From NCBI RefSeq assembly GCF_009914755.1, contig NC_060928.1: a stretch of DNA of 64,000 nucleotides; one strand, 5' to 3'. This stretch comes from the human T2T-CHM13v2.0 reference genome, Homo sapiens. The notes beneath the pieces were generated by a model that was not told the DNA's origin, did no database searches, and saw only the letters and a program-made list of their open reading frames with translations. The translations under genes and the position numbers were made by a program. Numbering within the stretch: position 1 is the first letter of the stretch; each line of letters starts with the position of its first letter. Positions 13,250 through 28,723 of the stretch are shown here, piece by piece.

Positions 13250-14390
13250 TCAAAATGTATCAAATATCTAAATGTATAAAACAAAACCATACAATTTTTA
13301 GGAGAAAACATAAATGTAAATCTTCTTGACTTTGAATTAAGCAATGTCTTCTTAAATATGATACAAAAAGCACAAATAACAAAAGTAGATAGAGATAACT
13401 GGACTTCATTGAAATTAAAAACTTTTGTACATCAAAAGACACTATCAAGAAAGTAAAAAGAAAACCCACAGAATGGGAGAAAAATCTTTTAAAATTATAT
13501 GTCTGATAAAGATCTAGTATCTGGACCATATCAAGAACTCATAACTCAGCAATATAAAGAAAAACAACCCAATTAAAAATTTGTCAAAGTATTTGAATAG
13601 ATGTTCCTTCAAAGAAAATATACAAATGACCAATTAGTAAATGAAAAAATGTTCAACATTATTAGTCATTTGAAAAATGTAAATCAAAACCACAGTGAGA
13701 TTTGAGGTACCACTGAACACTATTTCCTATATTTATGTATAGGAAAATAACAAGTGTGGTAGGGATGTGGAAACACTTTCATATATTGCTGGTGAGGCTA
13801 TAAAATGATGCAGGCACTGTGGACAACAGTTTGGCAGTTACTCAAAGAGTTAAACACAGAGCTACCATATGATCCAGTAATTCCATGCCTCAATATATAC
13901 CCAAGAGAACTGAAAGCATATGTTCACAGAAAAACTTATACTCAAACATTTACAGCATCATTATTTATAATAGCCAAAATGTGGAAACAATCCAAATGTT
14001 CATCAAATGATGAATGGATTAACCAAATGTGGTATATCCACTTAACAGAATATGATTCAACCATTTTAGGAATGAAGTACTGATGCATTCTTCCACAAGG
14101 ATGAACCTTGAAAACATTATGCTACGTGAAAGAAGCCAGTCACAAATGGCCACTATTGTATAATTCCATTTATATGAAATGTCAACAATAGGAAAATCCA
14201 CAGACACACAAAGTAGACTAGTGATGACCAAGGGACAGTGCATATATGTGGTTTCTCTTGGAGTGATGAAAAAGCTCTGGAATTAGATAGGTGATTGTAC
14301 AATATTGTGAGTATACCAAGATCAATTCATTGTATATTTTTAAAAGGTTAAAATGATGAATTTATGTTACGTGAATTTTTTGTCAATACA
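13250..14390 (+). mobile_element. L1MB-like ORF2 C-terminus and 3' UTR fragment
   Basis: ORF 13805-14083 (ELPYDPVIP...KWKQSKC-like) matches the L1 ORF2 C-terminus; L1M 3' UTR motifs follow. Confidence 0.85.
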
Positions 14391-14577
14391 AACATTACTT
14401 TCAAGTAATTAGAATGTTGTATTTATTCAGCTTTAGAAGGGAATCAGAAAGCTCAAGTGAGCATGCATTCACTCTCTCATGCCTTCCTTATTTCTAGTTA
14501 GGCCTCTGGCAGACTGATTCATTAAAGCAAGTCATTGTTGATAAGCCGCAATGTATAGAAGCCACAAGTACTCTTTT

Positions 14578-15010
14578 TTAGTCAGAGTTTTATTGAGAAA
14601 GAAATAGTGTTTCTAGATATTCGAAGCAGAAAGCGATTTAACCTAAGGAGTTTGGTGTATTAAACATCATTTAAGAATGGAGAGGACAATATCAGCTCTC
14701 CAGACTACCATGGGTTTCCAAAGAATCAGGAAGTTTCTCTGGACACCCAGGTTAGGAATGGTGCCAAACTGCTACCAAATGTCCCAGTTGCTGGAGCGCT
14801 CACATAGGCCATTCACAGGGCAATGCCTAACGCCAGAGGCTCCCACAAAACTCTTGTTTTCCAAGGCCCATGTCTCTTACTAGATTTGAGCAACTTTTTT
14901 TTTTTTTGGCAGAATGGGAAATGCAACTAGAATCCTAGGAATAAAAGAATCTTGGAAACATTGTTTATAAGCTTCTACAGTTCTTGTAGAGAGAAGAAAG
15001 CACAGAAAGA
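14578..15010 (-). mobile_element. Old ERVL LTR (LTR33-like, tentative)
   Basis: 'tagtcagagttttattgagaaag...ctagatattcgaagcagaaagcgatttaacctaaggagtttgg' resembles the antisense LTR33 end. Confidence 0.4.
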
Positions 15011-15714
15011 TGTAGGGATACATTGTAGTTGCCAAAAAAACAAAAACAAAAAAAGCCAGTTCATTTTCCAACAGTTAACTGCAATTAAAAAATTAAGTCC
15101 TTACAAATGTCATCATTCAGGTTGGCAGACATTAACCCCAAATTACATATTTGTCCCCCACCCCCACTTTTTTTCCTCACAAGACCTATAGAATCAATGT
15201 AAATTAGTTAGGCCTCTGGACTTTATTTTGGAAAACATTTTTTTCCACTGGTTTTCATTCTTTCGCAAATTAACTTTCTTCATAGCAATTGACCTTCACC
15301 ACATCATGTTGGCAAGTAGATGTTTAAAGAAAGCAAAAATTCAAATGAAAGTTTCATCTCTTGGGTTCATTTCAAGCCCACTATGGAGGATTTTTTGTTT
15401 GTTTTTGTCTTGATAGTTTTTCTCAATCTGGATTTCTGGAACTATCTAATCTGGATGATGCTGAAACCTGATAATTGGGGAAAAAAATCAATGTATATGG
15501 AGGAGATAGGGTTTAAATCACTATTCAAATGTAGTTATGGTTATATGAATTCCCTAAAATGAATTTAGGGTTTGGGAAGACTGAATTCCAGACTAGCTAA
15601 AGAGTTAAAATTTTCATGATCCTCTTGAAAGACAATTTACAGTGTATTAATGAATTAAAAACTAGCAAAATCATCCCTTCATGAAAAATATTAGAAGGCA
15701 GAGTCATATTTTAA

Positions 15715-16038
<324 letters not shown>

Positions 16039-16945
16039 TGATTTTAGATAAAATGGGACAGGATTCTTTTAACTTACAAATGGTAAAGCTATTAATTTCT
16101 GCATGGGTACTTTTGACATTATAACCTAATTACAGTTATATTATTCCCTTATGTTTGAAATTGAATGTTTCTAGATTAATTTTGGATAAAATTTTAAAGG
16201 AAAAGTAGGTTACTGTTTACTTTGGGCTTTAATAATATAATCAAGAACACTTATTTGCTTTGAACTATGGGTTCCTTCCTAAATAAGCATGAGTGCTACC
16301 TAATACTTAGATTTTCATATTTTTCTCTTTGCAGAGTCTAAGATAATAATCTGGCCTTGTTCCTCTACAGAATGACCTCATTGTTGGCTCATGAAAGAAA
16401 TGAAATAATACTAATAATTCATGTAAGATATTTTAATATAAATTTATTTGAGTTGGAAAACATTTCTTGTCTCTAAATATGTAAGAAAACTTTTGTGGCA
16501 TAGCAGTAATATTATTAATATAGTATTTGTCTTTATTTTAGGCTCTTTTAATTTCCTACCACAAAATAAAATTACAAAAGCAAAATAAAATAGAATAAAT
16601 AAAAATTTTAAAAGATTACACACGAGAAGTACTTCAAAATGGATTATTAACTCAGAACATTCCACAAACTATTATATACTTCTAAAATAAAAGCAAATTT
16701 TTAAAAAGTCTATATCACAGTTTAAAACATAGAGAACTACTTCTTTTATCTAATCAAAGAACTTATAATGACTATCAGGTGAGTTTCTGCAGGGCTGGGA
16801 TCTTATACTTTTGTTCACTGTATCCCAGCAGTAGTCTGGGATGTTCAATAAAAAAAAGTGTTGGATTATTTGTAAGTTTTAATATTGTTAATGGGTTAAA
16901 GCATTAAGTAGATATATTATTTCAAGATCAAAATTATGTTTCTTC

Positions 16946-17064
16946 CTGGGTGTGATGGCATGCACTTTTAGTCCTAGCTACTTGGAAGGCTGAGGCAGGA
17001 GGATCACTAGGGTCCTGAAGTTTGACTTCTGCCTGGGCAACATAGCAAGACCCCATCTCAAAAA
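16946..17064 (+). mobile_element. FLAM/Alu monomer
   Basis: Single Alu monomer flanked by the direct repeat aattatgtttc. Confidence 0.85.
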
Positions 17065-18224
17065 TAATTATGTTTCCTGTTAGGCATAGTCAATTAGCAT
17101 ATGTTAGCCCTCTTATCTCCAATGATACATTTGTGTACTTTTACTTTACATTGAGAATAACACTTCTTTTTAAAACACAGGATCTGTCTTAAATAAAGAT
17201 AATATGCTATTGCGTCTTTGGATAACATACACCATTTCCCCCTGTGATTTTTTTTATTATTGAATATATTTTTGTATGTGGTCTTAATTATGAGAAAAAA
17301 TAGATTAATATATAAGCAAACAAACACACATTTAATAAGTATGAAATACAAAGAGTATTTCTGTGTCCTTCTAGCATGAGTGAGCCATTAAGATCCATTA
17401 TAAATATTGATTCCTTTCAAAGTTCTTGCTTAATAGTTTAGTGATTTGCTCCTTGAGGATGTTTGAGCCTCTGCTCTGCAGGTCAGAAATCTGGTCTAGG
17501 AGAATTCCTGCATCTCTCAACCCACAGAGTGAGAACAGAAGAATTTTAAAATCAAAACACCTTAGAATTCAATCAACTACTTTCATGACACTTCAGAAAC
17601 TATCATTACATTTGATTACATAGCTAGCACATAAGAAAAAATAATTTGACAGACAAAAATAGACAATAAAATCATTAAATATCAACCTGTCATTAGAAGC
17701 TGAATTGGCAATGACATTTGTAAATTTTAGAGTTAGATTAAATACAAATCAGTTTTTCCACACTAATTTGCCACAAATGTCCTTGCATAGACCTTAAAGT
17801 AATTTAGCTAGCCTCGCTTATGAACCACACTCAAAATTAAGAAAAACACACCTCTTTATTAAAAAATGAATAGAGAGAAAACCAAGAGAGGCTTGGAGAC
17901 ACAGAAATCAGTAGGGAGAGATTTATAAGGAAAAGTGAATACAACAATGTCAATGACTGCTGAGATGCCAAACAAAATAATTGAAAAGCGCCCTTTTAAT
18001 TTAGTGACATGGGATGAGAAATACTGATGACTAAGGTAAAGAGTAGTTTTCAGTGTAGCTGAGGATTACTAGAGGCCAGGTTACCAAATTAAAGAATAAG
18101 TGATAGATGAGGAACAGGAGAAAGCAAGGATCAAAAACTGTGAATGTTTGACAATGAAAAGGAGACAAATAGAAAGGTAATTATGACCTCTAATTTTTTT
18201 ACTCTTCTTTAATTGAGATTTGGA

Positions 18225-18624
18225 GCATATGTCCTATTCCTACAACTTTTCACTCTGAATGCTTGACCAACAAAATATGCCGCTAATTTCTAGAACAGGG
18301 TCTTAAGAAAATGGCAGCTTTTATTCTCGTTCAATGGAATACAGGAGCCATTCTGTGAGGAAGCCCAAACTGGGTTGTGGAGAGGTTTATCTGGAGAAGA
18401 ATCAACAGACAACACTAATTTGCCAGCCATTTGAGGAGCAGTATTGAAAGTGGATCCTCCATCTCTAGGTGAGCTGCTCCACATCATATGGTATAGATGA
18501 AAGGTGAACTGTCCTCACTGAGCCCTGCCCAAATTGCATACTTGTGAACAAAACAAGTTATTATTGTTGTGTAAGCCATTAAGTTTTGGAGTAGTTTGTT
18601 ATGCAGCAATACAAAACTGATGCA
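18225..18624 (+). mobile_element. MaLR 5' LTR (MLT1G/H-like)
   Basis: 'ctgtgaggaagcccaa...aagccattaagttttggagtagtttgttatgcagcaatacaaaactgatgca'. Confidence 0.8.
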
Positions 18625-20052
18625 GATATTGGTGATAGAAGTGGTACTCTGCTGTAACAAAAACCTAAAAACTGTGGCATTGATTTTGGCCTGGATGTCC
18701 ATCAGAAGCTGGAAGGGCACTGAGAAACTTGTTTATGGAAGCCTTGAAAATCTCAAGAAGACTGTTAGTAAAAGCCTTAAGTGTTAAAGAGAATGTTAGT
18801 AGAGGTCTGAAGGGCTTCACAACAATGTTGGTGAGAGTTTAAAATAAAGTAAGGAAAATATTTTTGAAAGCTGGTAGAAAAGAGACTCTTGGTATATAAT
18901 GGTAGATAGTTTGGTAACATCATCACCTGTAGAAATGTGGAAACAGAACACGCCTACTGAATTTGATTAGCTAGCTAAGAAGATTTTCAGGCAAAGTGTT
19001 AAAGGTCCTGCTTGGCTTCATCTGGCTGTCTACTATAACTTTAAAGAGGACAGAGATGTACTAAAAAAGAAACCATTGAGTTTTTGAGGAAATTTAGAGG
19101 AAATATAAATAATCCAAGATCTGCTACATGAAAAATAAAAGCCTCTTATTCCCAGCTTCTCTACATAACAAAAAATTCTCAGATTAAAATGGCTTCCAAT
19201 AAAAGGTCAAATCTATGGTGATCTTATAAGACCCTATGTTAAGAAATTATAAGATTTAAGCCAAAGCCTTATAAAGCCTTTCAAGCAGACACAAGATTTT
19301 CAAAAGATGTTAAAGACACACCTCACAGGCTTTTTCTATCAAACAGTAGTACTTCTAAGAATATTAAGGACATTGCCCTTCAATTATCCATAATAGAAAG
19401 AGTTTATCTCAAATAGATTTTGGGATATAACTTTTATCTAGTGGAGTGAACTCAGTAAGAGTCATAGAAATTTACAGATTTAAATATAATTGTTCTGGAG
19501 GAAGCACTACCAGCTTTAACTCTAAAGAACAGAGATAGTACAAAATGAAAAGAGCTTTTAGGCTTCCAACTTATTATGGACAAGAAGCAGCTGAGAAGGA
19601 AATTCAGTTGCAAACTCATTTTTATTATGGAAAAGGACAGGACCAAGAACCCAGAGGGTAGATCTAGTAGCCACAGTTAATCATTCTTGGGGACCAGGGC
19701 CAGGCTCTGATAAGGAAGTGGCAGCATATGCCAGCACCAGTCATGAACCAGCCACTATCACAATCATTTTCACCCTTTGTGAATGGGAATATTTATTGTG
19801 GGTGTCCTATGCTGGCTGTATGGGTGGTGGAGAAATATGTCTCTTTAATCCATAGGTCTTCAGTTTCAGAGGAGCTGTGACTGAGGAACCACATTTGCAC
19901 CTGGACCTGAGGTACATGACATGATCCTGAAGCTGGAGCCTAAGCTTGATGTTGTAATAAATAAGGCTCTTGAGAGTGGAGGGGTGTTGGGAGGGTATGA
20001 GTGTATTTTGCATGTGGGTAGAATATAAATTAATTTGTGGTCATGGGTGAAC
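18625..20052 (+). mobile_element. MaLR internal region (MLT1-int)
   Basis: Starts 'gatattggtgatagaagtgg...ctgctgtaacaaaaacctaaaa'; ends 'gagtgtattttgcatgtggg' before the second LTR. Confidence 0.75.
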
Positions 20053-23000
20053 TGGTGGCAGATTTTAAGTCACAGTCACAATGTATTTTGACACTCTTCC
20101 TTGTCAAAAGATGAAGCCTATATCCCCTTTCCTTAATCTGAGTCTGACTGCCTGATGAATGTAATATGACATTGTGTCAGCTTCTGGGACTAGACCTTAA
20201 GAAACTGACAAAGGAGGAGAGCAAGATGGATGACAAGATGCAATCAGGTGGAACAGCTCCCACCGGGACACTGAGGTGACTTGAGTGCTTTTAACAGATC
20301 TTCAGAAGGAAGGTGCTGAGAGTGGATAGGGGGAAGACACAGAAGCTGGGCTGAAAGGGGAGAAAGCTGGGAACCTGCATGGGATGACCATGCACCAGGA
20401 CTCATTTTTGGTTCACAATAGCTCTGGCAGAACAGGGGAGTTGAACTGGCAAGAAGCAACCCACTCTCACCATGGGCCTCTGGAACCCTGATAGGATAAG
20501 ATCCCTTCACCACCACAGACACTCAAGTTGGCAGGGAGAGCTGCTTAGAGAAGTGTTAGGGGCAGTAAACCAGCTGACATGGAGCCCAGAGGGTTTGGTG
20601 TGGAAGTGGCTATTGTGGAGCATAGCCAGGGATGGCCAACTCCTAGGCTCAACTTGCTCCTATAGGAGATTTTAGTCCTAGGGGAACTGTCGGACCTGAT
20701 CTTTACATGGTGGTCTAGCCCATCAGTTGCGGCTGTTTCAACCTGAGCGCCCGTTGGTCTGCTGACCTCTCCAGGGGCCCCAGCCTGGTCATGCCTGCTT
20801 GCAGGGTAGTCTTGGGTGTTTTGGGAGCCCACAGTGTAGTTTCTGAGCTGATGGACTGTGCCTGACTAGTGGAAAGCTCCAGCAAGGTGGCCCCTATGGC
20901 TATGTACCAGCTCACCTGCTCCCTCCTCATACTGCAGCTTTTCCTGGGCCAATGGCAACTCCTCACATAAATCTGTTGGCTCATATCTGCATGGGCAGGT
21001 TTTGCTTTCCTTGCCCTACCAGAATGCAGGAGTGCAGTCTGTCCCCCACCTGACTGCCACTGCAGATAGAGCCTTGGTGGGCACAGAGCCAGTAAGACCC
21101 AACCCTACAAGTGCCCTGCCCTTGCGCTAACATTGTGAAGATAACAGCAGATCATCCTCTACCCTGAGTGATCATTCCTGCTCATGGGGCACAGGGAAGG
21201 CACCCAGACCTATGCCCGCCAACATCACACTCCAAGTTAACACTACCTCCAGTGCAACAGCACACAGTCTCCAGCAAGGGCCCTTCTCCCGCTTTTCCCC
21301 ACACTCCTCCCACCAGTTGCATTGCCTCTGCCACTGTGATGAATGCCTGCAGGGAGGGAGGCAAACATCCTGGCACCTGCTGGTACTCTGCCACAACTGC
21401 TACATCTCAGTCCCCCCACCCCCCAGCTCCAGCACAATGGATTCCAAACTTTGAGGAGACAGAGAACAAAGTCAGGGCCCAATACAAGTACCCTAGAATT
21501 AGGGCATGCAGTCCAGGAGTTGGGGGCTGATGGTTGGTCTCCTAAAATCTTCCAGAAATGAAGCAAATCAGTCAAATCCACCTTATACCAAAATCAAACC
21601 CTTAAGGTCATCAAATGTGATTAAAAAAATTCAAAAGTCAGCAACCTCAAAGATTGAAGGTAGGTAAGCCCACAAAGATGATAAAAAATCAGTGAAAGAA
21701 CTGTGAAAACTCAAAAAGCCAGAGTATCTTCTTTCTTCCAAGTGACCACATCATGTCTCCAGCAAGGGTTCTGAGCCAAACTGAGATGGCTGAAATAACA
21801 GAAATATAATTGAGAATATGGATAGGAATGATCCATATTCACAATGTCATCCATGAGATGATATCTTGAAATATATATTTTCCAAGTTGCTTCCCCAACC
21901 TAGGTAGAGAAGCCAACATTCAAATTCAGAAAATGCAGAGAACCCCAGTAAGATACTTTACAAGAGTATCATCCCCAAGACACATATTATCAGATTCTCC
22001 AAGGTTGAAATGAAAGAAAGAAAATGTTAAATGCAGCTGGTAAGAAAGGTCAGATCACTTACAAAGGGAAACCCATCAGACTAACAGTGGACCACTCAGC
22101 AGAAAGACTACAAGCCAGAAGAGATTGGGGGCTAATATTCAACATTCTTAAAGAAAAGGAATTCCAACCCAGAGTTTCATATTTGGCCAAACTAAGCTTC
22201 ATAAGTGAGGGAGAAATAGGATCCTTTTCAGACAGACAAATGCTTAGGGAATTCACTACCACCAGACCTGCCTTACAAGTGCTCCTGAAGGAAGCTCTAA
22301 GTATGGAAAGGAAAGACGGTTACCAGCCACTACAAAAACACACTGAAGTACAAAGACCAGTGACACTATAAAGCAACCACATAAACAAGTCTGCAAAATA
22401 ACCAGCTAACATCATGATGACAGAATCAAATCCACACATTCCAATGCTAACCTTAAATGCAAATGGGCTAAATGCTCCAATTAAAAGACACAGAGTGGCA
22501 AGCTGGATAAAGAAGCAAGATCTATTGGTATGCTGTCTTCAAGAGACTCATCTCATGTGTAATGACACACATAGGCTAAAAATATAGGAATGGAGAAAAA
22601 TCTAACAAGCAATTGGTAGAGATCAAAAAGCAGGGGTTGTAATCCTAGTTTCTAAAAAAACAGTCTTTAAATCAACAGAGATTAAAAAAGACAAGGGCAT
22701 TACATAATGGTAAAGGGTTCAATTCAACAAGAAGAGTTTTCCTAAATATATATGCAGCCAACACAGGAGCATCCAGATTCATAAAGCAAGTTCTTAGAGT
22801 CCTTCAAAGAGACTTAGACTTCCACACAATAATAATGTGAGACTTTTACACCCCACTGACAATATTAGATCGTTGAGACAGAAAATTAACAAAGATATTC
22901 AGGACCTGAACTCACCTCTGAATCAAGGCAACCTGATAGATAGCTACATTCTCCACCCAAATTCAGCAGAATATACATTCTTCTCATGGCCACATGGCAC

Positions 23001-26000
23001 TTACTCTAAAATTGATTACATAATTAGAAGTAAAACACTCCTCAGCAAATGCAAAAGAACTGAAATCATAACAGCGTACAATCCATTGGACCATAGTGCA
23101 ATCAAATTAGAAATTAAGACTAAGAAATTAACTCAAAACCATACAATTATGTGAAAATTGAATAACCTTCTCCTGAATGACTTTTGGGTACATAATGAAA
23201 CTAAGGCAGAAATCAAGAAGTTTTTTGAAACTAATGAGAACAAAGATACAACAAACCAGAATCTCTAGGATTCAGCTAAGGCAATGTTAAGAGGGAAATT
23301 TATAACACTAAATTCTCACATCAAAAAGTTAGAAAGTTAGAAAGATCTGAAGTTAATAACCTCACAACTAAAAGAATTAGAGATTCAAGAGCAAACAAAT
23401 CCTAAAGCTAGCATAAGACAAGAAATAACCAAAATCAGAGCTGAACTGATGGAGACTGAAACATGCAAAACCATTCAAAAGATCAACAAATCCAGGAGCT
23501 GGTATTTTGAAAAAAAGTAATAGAATAGACCACTCACCAGACTCAAAGAGAAGAAAAGAGAGAAGATTCAAATAAACACAATCAGAAATGACAAGGGGGA
23601 TATTACCACTGACCCCACAGAAATAAAAACAACCATCACAAAATATTATAAACACCTCTATGCACATTAACTAGAAAATCTAGAAGAAATGGATAAATTC
23701 CTGGACACACACACCCTCCCAAGACTGAATCAGGGAGAAATTGAATCCCTAAACAGATCAATAATGAGCTCTGAAATTGAGTCAGTAATAAATAGCCTAT
23801 ACCAACCAAAAAAAGCCCAGAACTGGAAGGATTCAGAGCTGAATTTTACCAGATGTACAGAAAATAGCTGATACATTCCTGCTGAAATTATTTGAAAAAA
23901 AATGGGGAAGAGGGACTCCTTCTTAACTCATTCTAACTCATCATCCTGATACTAAAACCTGGCACAGACACAATTGGAAAAGAAAACTTCAGGCTGATAT
24001 CCTTGATGAACATCATGCAAAAATCCTAAAAAATAAATACTGGCAAACTGAATCCAGCAGCACATCATAAAGTTTATCCACCATGATCAAGTAGGTTTTA
24101 TCACTGGGATACAAGATTGGTTCAACATATGCAAATCAATAAATGTGATTAATCACATACACAGAACTAATACAAACCACATGATTATCTTAATAGATTC
24201 AGGAAAGGCTTTAGATAAAATTCAACACTACTTTATGTTAAAAACTCTCAATGAACTAGGTATTGAAGGAACATACCTTAAAGTAACAAGAGCCAGCTAT
24301 GACATACCTACAGCCAACATTATACTGAATGGGCAAAAGCTGGCAGCATTTCCTTTGAAAATCAGCACTAAATGAGGATGACCTCTCTCACCACCCCTAT
24401 TCAACATAGTTTTGGAAGTCCTGGCCAGGGCAATCAGACAAGAGAAAGAAATAAAGGGCATCCAAATAGGAAGAGAGGAAGTCAAACTACACTTCCTGTT
24501 TGACTTGAAATTAAGACGACATAATCCTTTGTCTAGAAAACACCATCGTCTCGGCTCAAAAACTTCTTAAGCTGGTAAACAACTTCAGCAGAGTTTCTGG
24601 ATATAAAATCAATGTGCAAAAATCGCTGACATTCCTATACACCAGCAATAGTCAAGCCAAGAGTCAAATAAGGATGCAATCCCATTCCCAACTGCCACAA
24701 AAAGAATAAAATACCTAGGAATACAGCTAACCAGGGAGGTGAAGGATCTCTACAAGGAGAACTACAAAACACTGCTCAAGGAAATCAGAGATGACACAAC
24801 AAATGGAAAAACATTCCATGCTCCTGGATAGGAAGAATCAATATTGTAAGAATAGCCATAACCGCCCAAAGCAATTTATAGATTCAATGCTATTTCTCTT
24901 AAACTACCATTATTATTCTTCACAGAACTAGAAAAAACTATTTTAAAATTCATATGGAATGAAAAAGGAGTCCAAATAGCCTGAATAGCCAAGGTAAAAA
25001 GAACAAAGTCTAAGCAAAAAGAACAAAGCTGGAGGGCATCATGTTACTCAATGTCAAACTATACTACAGGGCTACAGTAACCAAAACAGGATGGTACTGG
25101 TACAAAAACAGACACATAGACAAATGAACAGAATAGAGAACACAGAAATAAGGTCACACATCTACAACTATTGGATTTTGATAAACTTGACAAAAACAAG
25201 CAATGGGGGAAAGATCCTCTCTTCAATGAATGGTGCTGGGAGAACTGGTAAGCCATAGGCAGAAAATAGAAACTGGATCCCTTCCTCATGCCATATACAA
25301 AAATTAACTCAAGATGGATGAAAGACTAAAATGTAAAGCCCAAAACTATAAAAATCCTGGAAGACAACCTATGCAATACTATTCAGGACATAGGAACAGG
25401 CAAAAATTTCATGACAAAGATGCCAAAAGCAATTTCAATAAAAGCAAAAATTGACAAATGGGATCTAATTAAGAGCTTCTGCACAGTGAAGGGAAATATT
25501 AACAGAGTAAACAGACAACCTACAGAATTGGAGAAAAATTTTGAAAACTTTGCATCCAACAAAGTTCTAATATCCAGCATCTATAAGTAGCTTTAACAAA
25601 TTTATAAAAAAAAAAAAAAACTCCAAATAACCCCATAGAAAGTGGGCAGAGATGAACATACTCTTTTCAAAAGAAGACATACATTCATGATTGTTGAATC
25701 ATATGAAGACAAGCTCAACTTCACTAATCATTAAGGAATGCAAATCAAAACCACAATGAGATACCATCTCACAACAGTCAGAATGGTTATTAATAAAAAG
25801 TTAAATAAATAAAGCTGGTGCCAGCTTTATTACAAATCAAATTTTCACAAGTCCATGAATACTGGTGAGGTTGTGGAGAAAAAGGAATGTTTATATACTG
25901 TTGGTGGGAGTGTAAATTAGTTCAGCCATTGTGGAAGACAATGTGGTGATTCCTCAAAGACCGAAAAACAGAAATACCATTCTACCCAGCAATACCATCA

Positions 26001-26660
26001 CTGGGTATATCCCCAAAGGAATATAAATCATTCTATCATAAGACATATGCATACATGTGTTCATTGCAGCACTATTGACAATAGCAAAGACATGGAATCA
26101 ACCTAAATGCCCATCAATGATAGACTGGATAAAGAAAATGTGGTACATATATACCATGGAATACTATGCAGCCATAAAAAGAAAAAGATCGTGTTTTTTG
26201 CAAGAATATGGATGGAACTGGAGGCCATTATCCTTAGTAAACTAACACAGGAACAGAAAACCAAATACCACATGTTCTCACTTATAAGTGGGAGCTAAAT
26301 GATGAGAACACCTGGACACATAGAAGGGAAAAACATACACTGGGGCCTATTGGAGAGTGGAGGGTGGGAGGAGGGAGAGGTTCAGAAAAAATAACTAATG
26401 GGTACTAGGCTTAATAGCTGGATGGCAAAATAATCTGTACAACAAACCCCCACGACACAAATTTACCTATATTAAAAACCTGCACATGTATTCCTCAACT
26501 TAAATTTTTTTAAAAAACTATCTTCAATGCCTGTATCTTGAAATGGTTGCTCTTGGAACCCTGCACCATGTTGTGAGAAAGCCCAAGCAGCATAGTGTGT
26601 GAAGAAGCCCAGGAGGAAAGAAACTGAAGCTCCAGACCCACAAAAACAACAAAAAAAATG
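20053..26660 (+). mobile_element. MaLR 3' LTR, split by the L1 into 20053-20210 and 26516-26660
   Basis: 'tggtggcagatt...tttgacactcttcc...gaccttaagaaactg' resumes after the L1 as 'gctcttggaaccctgcaccatgttgtgagaaagcccaagc'. Confidence 0.75.
20211..26515 (+). mobile_element. Near full-length inactive L1 (L1PA11-13-like)
   Basis: 5' UTR with caagatgg; ORF1 remnant 22024-22371; fragmented ORF2 (EN, RT, C domain); 3' UTR 'aaaataactaatgggtactaggcttaata'. Many stops and frameshifts. Confidence 0.95.
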
Positions 26661-27788
26661 AAAGTCAACAATAAACTCCTTTTCTCTCTTACCACATGTA
26701 ACATCCTGCATGTTGTTAATTTATTTCTTAAAAGTTACTGTTATTTTTATCATATATACAAAATAATGTACATAAATAGTATTAATAACTGTATACACAA
26801 TCCCAGTTTGAAAAATAGAACATCAGAAATACAGAGGACCCTATTTCTTTCCCATAATATATTCTACTCTCTCATTCCAAAGGTCTCTAATGTCCTGAAG
26901 TTTGTGTTTAATCACTACCTGCTTTTCCTTAAAGTTTTAAAAGTCTTATATGTACCTTTATGTAACATATGGTTACTTTTCTCTGATTTTGTACTTTATA
27001 TAAGTATAATAATATATTATGCATCCTCTGTAATGTATTTTCCTCAAAGTATTTGACATTTTTCCATCTTGATTTGTGCAGCTATATTTTATTCATAATT
27101 TTGCATTATAAATTAGTTATACTCTTAATATTTATTAATATAATTTAGTTTATGTACCATTTCATTGTATAATGATGTAAAATTTATTTGTTTTATGGCT
27201 TATGGACTTTTGGGTTGTTTCCTAATTTTACAATTGCTATCAACACTATCATGTTCTCCTACATTTCTTTGTGTATGTGTGCCTTTGGGAGTACAAATAT
27301 ATGGTGATAGGATATGGGCATAGTCAATCTACAAAGTAATATTGACTGTAACAAAGTGTTTGTACCAAATTATATTTTAATCAATATAGTAGAGTCTTTA
27401 TTTCTCCTTATCCTAATCAATACACTTATTGTCAGACTTTTTTAACTTTTGACAATCTACAGGGGTGAAATAGCAGCTCGAGTAGTGGTATTGTAGTTTT
27501 AAAGTACAAATTCTTGATTACTAACGAGGCTGGGCAGCTTCTCCCAGGCAATCTTATCTCCTCATATGAGAAATGCCTTTTCATATCTTTTATTCATTTC
27601 TTTTTCTATTGGTCTGTGGGTTGTTTTCTAATTGGTTTATAGGAATTCTTTATTTCTTGCTAATTTGTTTTCAGTTATATATAGCTATCTATCTTATCCC
27701 AGTTTTTCTCTTATAATTTTATTAACATTATGATGTCTTATGATGATCTGAAGTTTGAATATATTGTTCTTTATCTCTAGTCACTTCT

Positions 27789-28723
<935 letters not shown>

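Noticed and set aside
16334-16422. Plus-strand exon-like segment (ctctttgcag ... CAT|gtaaga)
   Set aside because: Isolated; such sites are common in AT-rich DNA
26658-27056. 132-aa ORF
   Set aside because: Low-complexity AT-rich frame in antisense L1M sequence
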